From NCBI GenBank assembly GCA_031316235.1, contig JALDRA010000001.1, forward strand, positions 3,630,001-3,662,000: a DNA stretch of 32,000 nt, in the 5' to 3' direction. The notes under the pieces are model-generated. The model was not told the DNA's origin. It saw only the letters and a program-made list of their open reading frames with translations, and searched no databases. This document shows positions 1 through 8,030 of the stretch, piece by piece. Source of the stretch: Candidatus Scalindua sp. GTDB taxonomy: Bacteria; Planctomycetota; Brocadiia; Brocadiales; Scalinduaceae. Made by a program: the position numbers and the translations under genes. How positions within the stretch are numbered: the stretch's first letter is position 1; each line of letters starts with the position of its first letter.

Positions 1-3
1 AAA

Positions 4-519
4 ATGAGACTCACGACAATTGTCCTTGCACTGCTGCTTGTTTTTTCAGGAAGCAATACCTGTTTCGCTATTGGGAAAATTGTAGACTATTTTCTTGACA
101 ACGAAAATGCCTGGGACGTGACAAAAAATATTATTCAGGAGACCCCTGAGAAAATTGTCGTTACCGGAGGAACACAAGGTTTGGGGTTTGACCTTGAAGA
201 ATTAACGGGCGGTGATGAGGTCTCTTTGGTCTTTTTAAAGCCCGGAAAGTCAGTTACTCTCAACTCTGAGGGGTTTTGGAACGCTGAGGACAAACTTCTG
301 CCTGGTGAGAACAGGGTGGTGTCCGTTATTACCCGAAATTACGGGGACCGTACAAAGTTCCACTATAAATTTAAATTACAGAGGAACAAAAGTGACGGAG
401 GTACGATGCTGTATAATAATACAAAACCCATCCTGGAGAGTAAATATGATGGGAGTGGTCCGGTCACGGACTTTGCAGATTTATCAGGAATCAGGATGTG
501 TGTAATCGAGATCAGGTAG
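4..519 (+). CDS. exported hypothetical protein
   Basis: ATG at 4. The N-terminus MRLTTIVLALLLVFSGSNTCFA looks like a cleavable signal peptide. I recognise no domain. Confidence 0.55.
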   Translation: MRLTTIVLALLLVFSGSNTCFAIGKIVDYFLDNENAWDVTKNIIQETPEKIVVTGGTQGLGFDLEELTGGDEVSLVFLKPGKSVTLNSEGFWNAEDKLLPGENRVVSVITRNYGDRTKFHYKFKLQRNKSDGGTMLYNNTKPILESKYDGSGPVTDFADLSGIRMCVIEIR

Positions 520-611
520 TTGCTTTTTTGTTTTGTAAACCATCCATGTTAAGAATAGAACGAAGTGAATTAAAGTAATATTTTGATAATTTTCTTGAAA
601 GGAGTCCAGGT

Positions 612-959
612 ATGACAAGAATTGGATCTGTTATAATTTCTCTCGTGGTTGTTTTTGTATTCATAAATTCTTATGTAGACACCTGTACATATGCTGACAG
701 TTGCTGTGATACGAGACAAGCCTCTGATACCTCTGCTGAAAGCTGCATGGTTTGCGGAAAAGCGGTTGATAGTAAAGGGGGAAGAGTTGAAGTAGAAGTG
801 GAAGGTAAGAACGTACCGCTTTGTTGTAAGGGATGTGCAAATGCTTATAAAGAAAACCCTGACAAATACTCTCAGCACGAAAAAAAACAGGAATCTTATA
901 GAGATACATACCAGAAAGAAGTACCTCAGAAACGACAAAGAGGAGAAGGGTATTATTAA
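612..959 (+). CDS. membrane-anchored or exported YHS/TRASH-type metal-binding domain protein
   Basis: GGAG lies a few nt upstream of the ATG. The N-terminus is hydrophobic. The Cys pattern CMVCGKAVD...PLCCKGCANAYKENPDKY resembles the YHS domain (C-x-C-G...C-x2-C...F/Y-x3-P-x2-Y). Confidence 0.6.
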   Translation: MTRIGSVIISLVVVFVFINSYVDTCTYADSCCDTRQASDTSAESCMVCGKAVDSKGGRVEVEVEGKNVPLCCKGCANAYKENPDKYSQHEKKQESYRDTYQKEVPQKRQRGEGYY

Positions 960-989
960 AGGACGGTAACGTTCAACAGTTTTTTATCC

Positions 990-1032
990 AGAGGCATCCT
1001 TGCATGATTTCATCGCAAGAATGCCTCTTTTC
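990..1032 (+). terminator. candidate intrinsic terminator after the YHS gene
   Basis: Arms 990-1003 (agaggcatccttgc) and 1015-1028 (gcaagaatgcctct) pair at 13 of 14 positions around an 11-nt loop, followed by only TTT. The U-tract is weak. Confidence 0.4.
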
Positions 1033-1557
1033 ATATGAAGAGATACACATTTCCGATCATAGTAATTTTTTAATTATTGTTTCTCTGGCAGCTTTATCAA
1101 AATTGTGCCAGCTATCTAAACCAAGAGAAGTTACTGCTGATTCTGACGCTCTACCGTTGGATTCGAGGCGAAAAAGATCTTGAAAAAACGACCTCGACCA
1201 AGCTGTTTTATATTGAAGACACTACCAGAACTAATCCTTTACTGACTGAAAGTAAATTAAGTGTTGAAATATTACGAAAGTACGCTCAAGCATTTGTAAG
1301 GGGCCAGAGCTATATGGAAAGGACCAGAAAGTCATTTATATGTGGACTTTGATTATGTAGTATAGTAATATAAACGATTTATGAATTCCCTCAATTTGGT
1401 CTTCATCTGGCAGTGGATAAGATCAGCAAATTGCACAGAACGACTCCGTCTGGTTCCCGGATAGATGCCGTTCTTTATGATTAAGATGTAATTCAAATCG
1501 TTAAGCTGTTCAACATTAGTACAGATGAGTTTTTTACGACACTATACGGAGATTAAG

Positions 1558-2397
1558 ATGCTGAAAACAATCCTAGTACCGATTGACGGATCAGATACCA
1601 GTCTGGTGGCTGTTGATTATGCAATAGAATTATCGAAGATATTCAATGCTGAGTTGATTGGCGTCTCAATTATTGATGTAAAAAGATTGGCAGGACCATT
1701 TATGAGGGATCTGGGAACAAGCATTGGTGGCATGGTACCATATGCTGATTTCCAGCAGAAAATCCGAAAGATATTGGAAGATATCGCTACAGCTGCTCTA
1801 GACGAGTTCGAAGGCAAATGTAAATCTGCAAATGTATCATTCATTCGTGAAATAAGTGAAGGCATAGTCAGTAAGGAAATCGTGAAAGCTGCTGAAAGAT
1901 GCGACATGATTTCAATGGGGATGGCCGGTGAACATGCCTTGTGGCGTGATGCGCTTTTGGGCTCAAATCTTGAATCTGTTGCCAGGCAGACACATAAACC
2001 GATAATGGTTTCTCCCGAAAAATTTAAGAAAATTTCAAAAATGCTTGTAGCTTATGACGGGAGCCTTTTTTCAAGCCAGGCCCTGACAACCGGTGCTGCG
2101 ATTGCCGAGAAAGCAGGCATTCCTCTAACCATTATCCATGTTTCTGATGATAAAGAGAAAAGTGAAAAAGTCCTTTCGCAGGCAGTAGAATCTCTCAAAG
2201 ACTATGATGTTACCTATGATACCTTAATTGAAGGCGGGGAACCCGCAAATGCCATTGTTGATACATGTAAGAAAGGCAACTTCAATCTCATGGTTATGGG
2301 AGCTTATGGTCACTCCCGGCTAAGAGAGCTTGTCCTTGGCAGTACTACAGTACAGATAATGAGAAAGGTAAAATGTCCATTGTTGCTTTGCCGGTGA
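1558..2397 (+). CDS. universal stress protein, tandem UspA domains
   Basis: There are two Usp-like halves: MLKTILVPIDGSD... and KMLVAYDGS...MGAYGHSRLRELVLGSTT (the ATP-binding G-x2-G-x9-G-S/T motif). I prefer ATG 1558, preceded by GGAG, over the ORF-track start at 1525. Confidence 0.85.
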   Translation: MLKTILVPIDGSDTSLVAVDYAIELSKIFNAELIGVSIIDVKRLAGPFMRDLGTSIGGMVPYADFQQKIRKILEDIATAALDEFEGKCKSANVSFIREISEGIVSKEIVKAAERCDMISMGMAGEHALWRDALLGSNLESVARQTHKPIMVSPEKFKKISKMLVAYDGSLFSSQALTTGAAIAEKAGIPLTIIHVSDDKEKSEKVLSQAVESLKDYDVTYDTLIEGGEPANAIVDTCKKGNFNLMVMGAYGHSRLRELVLGSTTVQIMRKVKCPLLLCR

Positions 2398-2475
2398 TGA
2401 GAGTTTTTGTTCTCGGGATTTCTTAAACTGCATTTTGTACACCCTTTTAATTTTAGATATATTCATCTCATACTG

Positions 2476-2609
2476 GATTTCGGATAAAATCCGAGATAAA
2501 ATTGAGCGAGTAAATTCCTAGGCGCTTTTTGTCCGGGGATACCTTCACCAGGATTTGGTTTCCGGTAAAACCGAAAACCAAATCGGTTTTAGTATATACA
2601 CTTGAATCT
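2476..2609 (+). repeat. double-hairpin intergenic repeat, family A, copy 1
   Basis: Aligns with 14486-14597. Hairpin A is tcggat-aaa-atccga. Hairpin B spans 2552-2584 (15-bp arms, one C/A mismatch, AAA loop) and is followed by cggttttagtatat. It carries about 27 extra nt (aattcctaggcgctttttgtccgggg) relative to copy 2. Confidence 0.85.
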
Positions 2610-2633
2610 GTTTTCTCTTAAAGGAGAAGTACT

Positions 2634-3092
2634 ATGATTAAACTGAAGAAGATCTTGTGTCCCATAGATCATTCTGACTGTTCAAAAGAGGCATTAAAGT
2701 ATGCTGTATCGTTTGCGTTGAGAGAGGAAGCATTGCTTTACTTATTACACGTAATTGATATTCGTACTTTTGATGAAAACCTGGACACTATAACAAAACA
2801 GATGCCTGATGATAAATCGATTCGTCAATTGCGTGAAAAACTTCTGGAGTGTGTACCGGAGGAAATTCGAAGTGATATGAAAATAGAAGCCATTGTGGTG
2901 CAGGGAATACCTTTTGTGGAAATTATCAGTGCGGCAAAACAACATAACGTAGATATGCTGGTACTAGGCACACATGGGAGAACAGGGCTTGCACACATTA
3001 TGCTTGGTAGTGTATCTGAAAAAGTTGTGAGAAAAGCCCCTTGTCCGGTACTGACCGTAAGACAACCAAACCATAAGTTTGTCATGCCGTAA
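2634..3092 (+). CDS. universal stress protein
   Basis: AGGAG RBS. Motifs: KKILCPIDHSDCS...LVLGTHGRTGLAHIMLGSVSEKVVRKAPCPVLTV, typical of the UspA family. Confidence 0.88.
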   Translation: MIKLKKILCPIDHSDCSKEALKYAVSFALREEALLYLLHVIDIRTFDENLDTITKQMPDDKSIRQLREKLLECVPEEIRSDMKIEAIVVQGIPFVEIISAAKQHNVDMLVLGTHGRTGLAHIMLGSVSEKVVRKAPCPVLTVRQPNHKFVMP

Positions 3093-3132
3093 ACAGCTTC
3101 CTTTTTCTTGTTTTAGCCTAAGACGGACTTCT

Positions 3133-3594
3133 ATGGTAGCGTTTCAAAAAATCTTATGTCCGGTTGATTTTTCTGAATGTTCACGTGAAGCGTTGAAGTA
3201 TGCCTTGCATCTTACAGAAATTGCACATTCCCAGTTAATCATAATTAGTATTATTGATGGAAATATTTATGAATTCGGTGTCGGAACAATCGAAAAGAAA
3301 GATTCTCGAATCAAATTGATGTCAAACCAGGAACTGGTAGACGTAATAAAAGTAAAACTGTTAGAAAGGATTCCAGAGAAGATGCGAGACAAGGTCTGCG
3401 TAATGGTAAAGTCAGGTATCCCGGATGTCGAAATTGTGAAAACTGCAAAGGAGAAGGATATTGACCTGATCGTGATGGGTACACATGGTAGGAGTGGGAT
3501 ACTGTACTTTTTGGTGGGGAGTGTAGCAGAAAAGGTTTCAAGAAAGGCCCCATGTCCTGTAATGACTGTTAAGGTCTCGCAGATTCGAATATAA
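3133..3594 (+). CDS. universal stress protein
   Basis: Paralog of the previous gene (FQKILCPVDFSECS...IVMGTHGRSGILYFLVGSVAEKVSRKAPCPVMTV). I prefer ATG 3133; the ORF-track start at 3079 overlaps the upstream gene. Confidence 0.85.
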   Translation: MVAFQKILCPVDFSECSREALKYALHLTEIAHSQLIIISIIDGNIYEFGVGTIEKKDSRIKLMSNQELVDVIKVKLLERIPEKMRDKVCVMVKSGIPDVEIVKTAKEKDIDLIVMGTHGRSGILYFLVGSVAEKVSRKAPCPVMTVKVSQIRI

Positions 3595-3598
3595 AGGT

Positions 3599-4312
3599 AT
3601 GAGTTTACAAGATATTGTTGATGATTTATTAGATGACCTTAAAACGTTGAGGTTCAGTGATCCGATAACCCATGTTTACAACCCACTTGAATATGCACGT
3701 GTATCCTATGACAGGTATTTAGCTCAATATGCAAATGGTCACAAGGAGATTGTTTTACTGGGGATGAACCCGGGCCCATGGGGTATGGCACAAACTGGTA
3801 TTCCATTTGGTGAAGTGAACTTAGTCAAAGAGTGGCTGCGTATTGAGACTCATGTGGACGCACCGGAGGAGGTACATCCAAAACGTCCGGTTCGTGGATT
3901 TATGTGCCATAGAAGTGAAGTGAGTGGTAAAAGATTGTGGGGGTGGGCGAGAGAAAGGTTTGGAACACCGGAGCAGTTTTTTAAACGATTTTTTGTGTTA
4001 AACTATTGCCCCTTGATGTTTCTGGAAGAAAGTGGCCGTAATAGGACACCGAATACTATTAAAAATGTTGAGCTCAGACCCTTACTTAATGCATGTGATC
4101 GGGCACTCCTTAAAATAATACAATGGTTACAACCCCGCTATGTGTTAGGTGTTGGGGTATTTGCTGAGCAAAGAGCTTTAGCAGCCCTGGCCGGAACCGA
4201 TATATTAATTGGCAGAATTACACATCCGAGTCCGGCAAATCCAAAGGCGAACCGAGGTTGGAGTATCCTTGTTGAGAATGAAATAAGAGCGTTGGGAATT
4301 GAGCTTCCATAA
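3599..4312 (+). CDS. SMUG1-family uracil-DNA glycosylase
   Basis: GMNPGPWGMAQTGIPFGE and HPSPANPKANRGW match the two signature motifs of SMUG1 (family 3 UDG) as I recall them. The start is 4 nt after the usp stop. Confidence 0.82.
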   Translation: MSLQDIVDDLLDDLKTLRFSDPITHVYNPLEYARVSYDRYLAQYANGHKEIVLLGMNPGPWGMAQTGIPFGEVNLVKEWLRIETHVDAPEEVHPKRPVRGFMCHRSEVSGKRLWGWARERFGTPEQFFKRFFVLNYCPLMFLEESGRNRTPNTIKNVELRPLLNACDRALLKIIQWLQPRYVLGVGVFAEQRALAALAGTDILIGRITHPSPANPKANRGWSILVENEIRALGIELP

Positions 4313-4786
4313 TAGGAGAGATACCGGTTTAACAGTATGGGGTCTTTCATGATGTCGAGGATAGACTGATTCTTAACACACTGATTGAGGCAGAGGCTGC
4401 ACGGAGCGTTGCCAGCTCTTGAGATTTGATCGCTTTATTAGCACTGCACCATTTTATCAGCTGCGGAATTTTGTCACTTCGGTGCCTGTCATACTTCGTG
4501 AGTATACAGAACTGAGGTTAGGGAGTTTTCCTGGTGTGACACTTCCATGAGATGAGAAACAGTACATTTGCAAAGTCTGGTAACTGGTTCTGAGAGGAGC
4601 CTTATCAACGAAGAAATTTAACGTATTGAGAAGTACCAGGAAAAAGGTGATTTTGCTGAAATGAAAGAAAGATGTCCAGTCGTTATTGACGCTGTTGCGT
4701 CTGGGGTGAAAACTCACGCAAAGGCACGGAGGGAGATCTTCGCGGGTATAACACGTATTACCGTTAATTTTCAATCTTGTTGTTTT

Positions 4787-5524
4787 TTAGAGAGTTTTTA
4801 TAAAGTTATTTATCACGATTTTGTCTTTTTCGTCCATTCCTGTAAAACGGATCCCCGCAGTTTGGTTCTTCTTCTTTTTTGACTCCCAGACACATACACC
4901 CGATGTCTCAATAATCCCTGAACTATTATTTATTTCTAGTTTCAGTTCATCAAGCTCACTTCCCGCCAGTCCTTTAGCTTCATGTTCTTCACCGGTTTTT
5001 GTATCAAAGGTCATTATCTGTTCAACAAGGAGCCCCTGTTCGCTTATGTTTAAAACTGCAGCCGAGGCAGATATTTTAGTATTAAAGTCTCGGTGATAGG
5101 TAAATTCTGTTTTGAGAGAGGTATTGACCCTGGGGTTGCGTCTACTCTTGGCACACTTGACTATTGAGTTATTTCCCAATATGTTCTCTTCTTCAAAAAG
5201 GCAAACGGATCTGTTGCTGTCAGTTTCATCAAACACCATAATAATTTTTTCTTTTCCTGATAATCGTAAAATGATTCGTATATCAGTCTGTACGTTGAAC
5301 AATCGGATTTTCATGCCGCGATCTATAAAATAGCCAAGGATATTTATTCCAAGTCCATCAATTTTGTTTACTTGTTTCAGGTCAATTAACTGGTAATGAC
5401 AACCTTTATCTAAACAACCGAACAGGTATTCCTGGAATCTTAAAGCGTCTCTACCAGTCAGATTTCCCTCAATCTCGATAATGAAAATTTTTGGATTAGT
5501 TGAAGATTTTGATATAATGTTCAT
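4787..5524 (-). CDS. STAS domain (anti-sigma-factor antagonist-like) fused to a PilZ c-di-GMP-binding domain
   Basis: The N-terminal half is STAS-like (IIEIEGNLTGRDALRFQEYL...LKQVNKIDGLGINIL). The C-terminal half has RRNPR (RxxxR) and NISEQG (D/NxSxxG), the two PilZ motifs. I prefer ATG 5524 over the TTG at 5566. Confidence 0.75.
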   Translation of the reverse strand: MNIISKSSTNPKIFIIEIEGNLTGRDALRFQEYLFGCLDKGCHYQLIDLKQVNKIDGLGINILGYFIDRGMKIRLFNVQTDIRIILRLSGKEKIIMVFDETDSNRSVCLFEEENILGNNSIVKCAKSRRNPRVNTSLKTEFTYHRDFNTKISASAAVLNISEQGLLVEQIMTFDTKTGEEHEAKGLAGSELDELKLEINNSSGIIETSGVCVWESKKKKNQTAGIRFTGMDEKDKIVINNFIKTL

Positions 5525-6092
5525 GATTCTTTTTTTAAAGAAATACCGTTGCTTACTCGCAAACAAAGCTCCAGAGTGAGAATTGCGGGGTAATATAACT
5601 TAAGCTGTTTAGACAAACCAATTAAGAAAGAGCAGGTTTCTGGCAATTAAATAAATATGTTAAGTTTTTAACAGATGACTGGATCTGATATGGATGGAAA
5701 ATATATTATCCTGAAAAGAACAAGCAACTTAAGCTATGTTATGAATCTGACACAGGAGTGTATGTTTCCTTACATTTTGTGTAAACCATTGCATTTGTGT
5801 GTGTTGAGCGTAGTGTGCAACGAATTGGGTACGAGTGTCGGGAATTATATTTACGATGGTTGAAAATAGGATAATCTGACAGGTTATGGTGAAGCAGGAT
5901 GATTTCCGGGCACCGCTTTTTCCAATAAATTTGTACCCAGTAAAACGTAAATTGCTGTTGCACACAGTTCATTTGATGTTATGATGCTGAGAAGATAAGA
6001 GGATTTGAAGTGGGCCTGTAACTATATTCACATGGTGTGATTTTTCCTATTATGCCGGTAGGTCAGTTTCATGATGGTTCTGAGTAAGATAG

Positions 6093-6126
6093 ATATACTA
6101 AAACCGATAAAGTAAAAACCGGGTGG
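6093..6126 (-). repeat. family A repeat fragment, reverse orientation
   Basis: The reverse complement of 6093-6108 is atcggttttagtatat, an exact 16-mer shared with copies 1 and 2. The flanking ccggttttt weakly resembles the hairpin B arm. Confidence 0.7.
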
Positions 6127-6196
6127 GGTAGTTTCAAAACTATATCCTGAATAATAATATATTTATGATTGAGTAAGAAAATTGAGGAAATGAGTC

Positions 6197-6724
6197 GTGA
6201 CATATGCTGTTTTTCTGGATAGAGACGGAACTATTAATAATGATTCTGGCTATGTTCACAAGCCAGAAGATCTCCTAATTCTGCCTGGTGTGATTGAGGG
6301 ATTACAATTATTAAATAGGTACAAGCTTTTCATAATTACCAACCAATCTGGTGTCGGAAGGGGATACTTTACTATAGAGGAGTTTTTTATCTTTAATGAC
6401 CTCCTGGTGACAAAACTGAATGAAAATAATATTACCATCGAAAACACTTATTGCTGCCCACACAGACCTGATGCTGATTGTGACTGCAGAAAACCAAAAA
6501 TAAAACATTTAAAAGATGCAGAAAAAAAGTATAAAATAGACCTTTCTCAATCGTATGTTATCGGAGATCGGGCTTCTGACATCGAGATGGGAAGGAGAGG
6601 GGGATGTAAGACTATGCTTGTGTTGAGCGGACATCTGAAAAAACATGATAATCTTGCCACTAAACCCGATATTATAGTTAACGATTTATATGAGGGGGCA
6701 AAAATTATTACAGAAAAAAGCTGA
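6197..6724 (+). CDS. gmhB: D-glycero-D-manno-heptose 1,7-bisphosphate phosphatase (HAD superfamily)
   Basis: GTG start with GAGGAA upstream. FLDRDGTIN is HAD motif I, and CCPHRPDADCDCRKP is the GmhB-type Zn-binding loop. Confidence 0.8.
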   Translation: MTYAVFLDRDGTINNDSGYVHKPEDLLILPGVIEGLQLLNRYKLFIITNQSGVGRGYFTIEEFFIFNDLLVTKLNENNITIENTYCCPHRPDADCDCRKPKIKHLKDAEKKYKIDLSQSYVIGDRASDIEMGRRGGCKTMLVLSGHLKKHDNLATKPDIIVNDLYEGAKIITEKS

Positions 6725-6860
6725 AATATTTCAGAGATCTTTTGCCATGCGGTTCGTGAAAGGTTTGCCTGTTTCCTCTGTCATGGTTGGTTTTGCTTCT
6801 TCCAGCCAGTTTTATATTGTAATTCTTATTTGTTGTGGATCGAAGGAGGGGAATTAAAAA

Positions 6861-7712
6861 GTGAAATTATTAAATCTCGTTGCATTTTTTTTGATAAATG
6901 CTTGTATTGTAATATTGACTATTGTGCCATCAATCACTCTTCATGCCGAAAATTATTCTTCATATGATTACACTTTAGGACCTGAAGATGTTATTGAAAT
7001 CAAGGTGTGGGATAACGATGATTTGAACCTTACAGTAGAAATTTCACAAGAAGGATCATTTACCTTTCCCCTTATTGGTACTGTTAAAGCACAAGGTCTT
7101 TCAGTCTTGCAACTTGAAAAACTTATCCGAGACAGATTGTCAGACGGTTACATAATGTCTCCCCAGGTAAATATTTACGTAAATAGTTATAGAACACAGA
7201 AGGTGTTTGTCCTTGGTCAGGTGAAAAACCCGGGAGTATATAATATAAAAAGTAATATCTATCTCTTAGAATTAATTTCTATGGCTGGAGGATTTACCGA
7301 TCAAGCGGAACACTCAGTTACCATAGTACGATCCAGATCCTCTCAAAATGTTGGGGAGGTGGTATCTCGCTCGGGAAAACAGGAAGAGATATACAAGATT
7401 GATCTTGGAGAGTTTAAAGAAGACAGAAAACACGACGCCTTTGTCATAAAAAACGGAGATTATATCTACGTCAACAAGAAATCACGTTTTTTCATAACAG
7501 GGCAGGTAATGAAAACTGGGGATTTTGCCTGGGAAAAAGATTTGACAGTTCGTCAGGCTCTCTCTCTTGCGGGAGGCACAACCACTTCTGCAGCTGAAAA
7601 GCACATTACGATCATTCGTGTAAAAAACGAGAAAGAAGTTATCGTAAAGGTAAAAATGGAAGATCTGGTTGAGCCTAATGATGTTATTCAGGTTCCAGAA
7701 CGTCTCTTTTAA
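6861..7712 (+). CDS. polysaccharide export protein (Wza-like, Poly_export plus SLBB domains)
   Basis: AAGGAGG RBS and GTG start. N-terminal signal or anchor. YTLGPEDVIEIKVW...GSFTFPLIGTVKAQGLSVLQLEKLIRDRL...SPQVNIYV is typical of the Poly_export domain. Confidence 0.8.
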   Translation: MKLLNLVAFFLINACIVILTIVPSITLHAENYSSYDYTLGPEDVIEIKVWDNDDLNLTVEISQEGSFTFPLIGTVKAQGLSVLQLEKLIRDRLSDGYIMSPQVNIYVNSYRTQKVFVLGQVKNPGVYNIKSNIYLLELISMAGGFTDQAEHSVTIVRSRSSQNVGEVVSRSGKQEEIYKIDLGEFKEDRKHDAFVIKNGDYIYVNKKSRFFITGQVMKTGDFAWEKDLTVRQALSLAGGTTTSAAEKHITIIRVKNEKEVIVKVKMEDLVEPNDVIQVPERLF

Positions 7713-7797
7713 TGCAGGAACTATAAATACCCATGGTAAATTGATTTTCGCTTTTCAGTATACCCGATTTCACATTGACAGTATATTTTTCTCAATC

Positions 7798-7868
7798 ATA
7801 AAATCCTCCGCGTATTTTGTCCGGGGGAAATCCTCAACCTGGTATTTCTCAGCCTCAGGTTTTATTCA
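7798..7868 (+). repeat. diverged family A repeat copy
   Basis: ataaaatcc...gcgtattttgtccgggggaaatcctcaacctggtattt...caggttttattca aligns at roughly 75-80% by eye with copy 1 (gcgctttttgtccggggataccttcaccaggattt...cggttttagtata). It lies between convergent genes. Confidence 0.45.
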
Positions 7869-8030
7869 ATCGAAAATTCAGAATTTTAAAGCAGATTCAT
7901 TGCCTGTAATCACAAAAATTTTTCTGTAATGGGTATAATCAGGTCTAAAGTAAGGATTGGGTTACTAACCGATGCCTAAGATTGCGGTGAGACAAAGAAA
8001 AAGCAAAAATTTCTCTAGCGGGCTGGATAG

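Noticed and set aside
570-938. Antisense or alternative-frame ORFs overlapping strong genes (for example 570-938, 1617-1907, 2825-3085, 8217-8483, 9067-9405, 13265-13636, 13922-14308, 17504-17833, 19404-19724, 20605-20928, 25793-26128, 27042-27278, 28681-29172, 31649-31951)
   Set aside because: Each lies inside or opposite a gene with clear family motifs. Their composition is implausible (Ser/Cys/Phe/Leu-rich) and they have no RBS or recognisable domain. They are typical shadow ORFs.
5567-6196. Small ORFs (62-78 aa) in the 630-nt spacer between the STAS-PilZ gene and gmhB
   Set aside because: They have no RBS, overlap one another on both strands, and are Cys/His-rich. Apart from the family A fragment at 6093-6126, I saw nothing supportable in this spacer.
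7669-7929. 86-aa ORF downstream of the Wza-like gene
   Set aside because: It overlaps the end of the exporter gene and runs through the diverged family A repeat. It has no RBS or domain signature.
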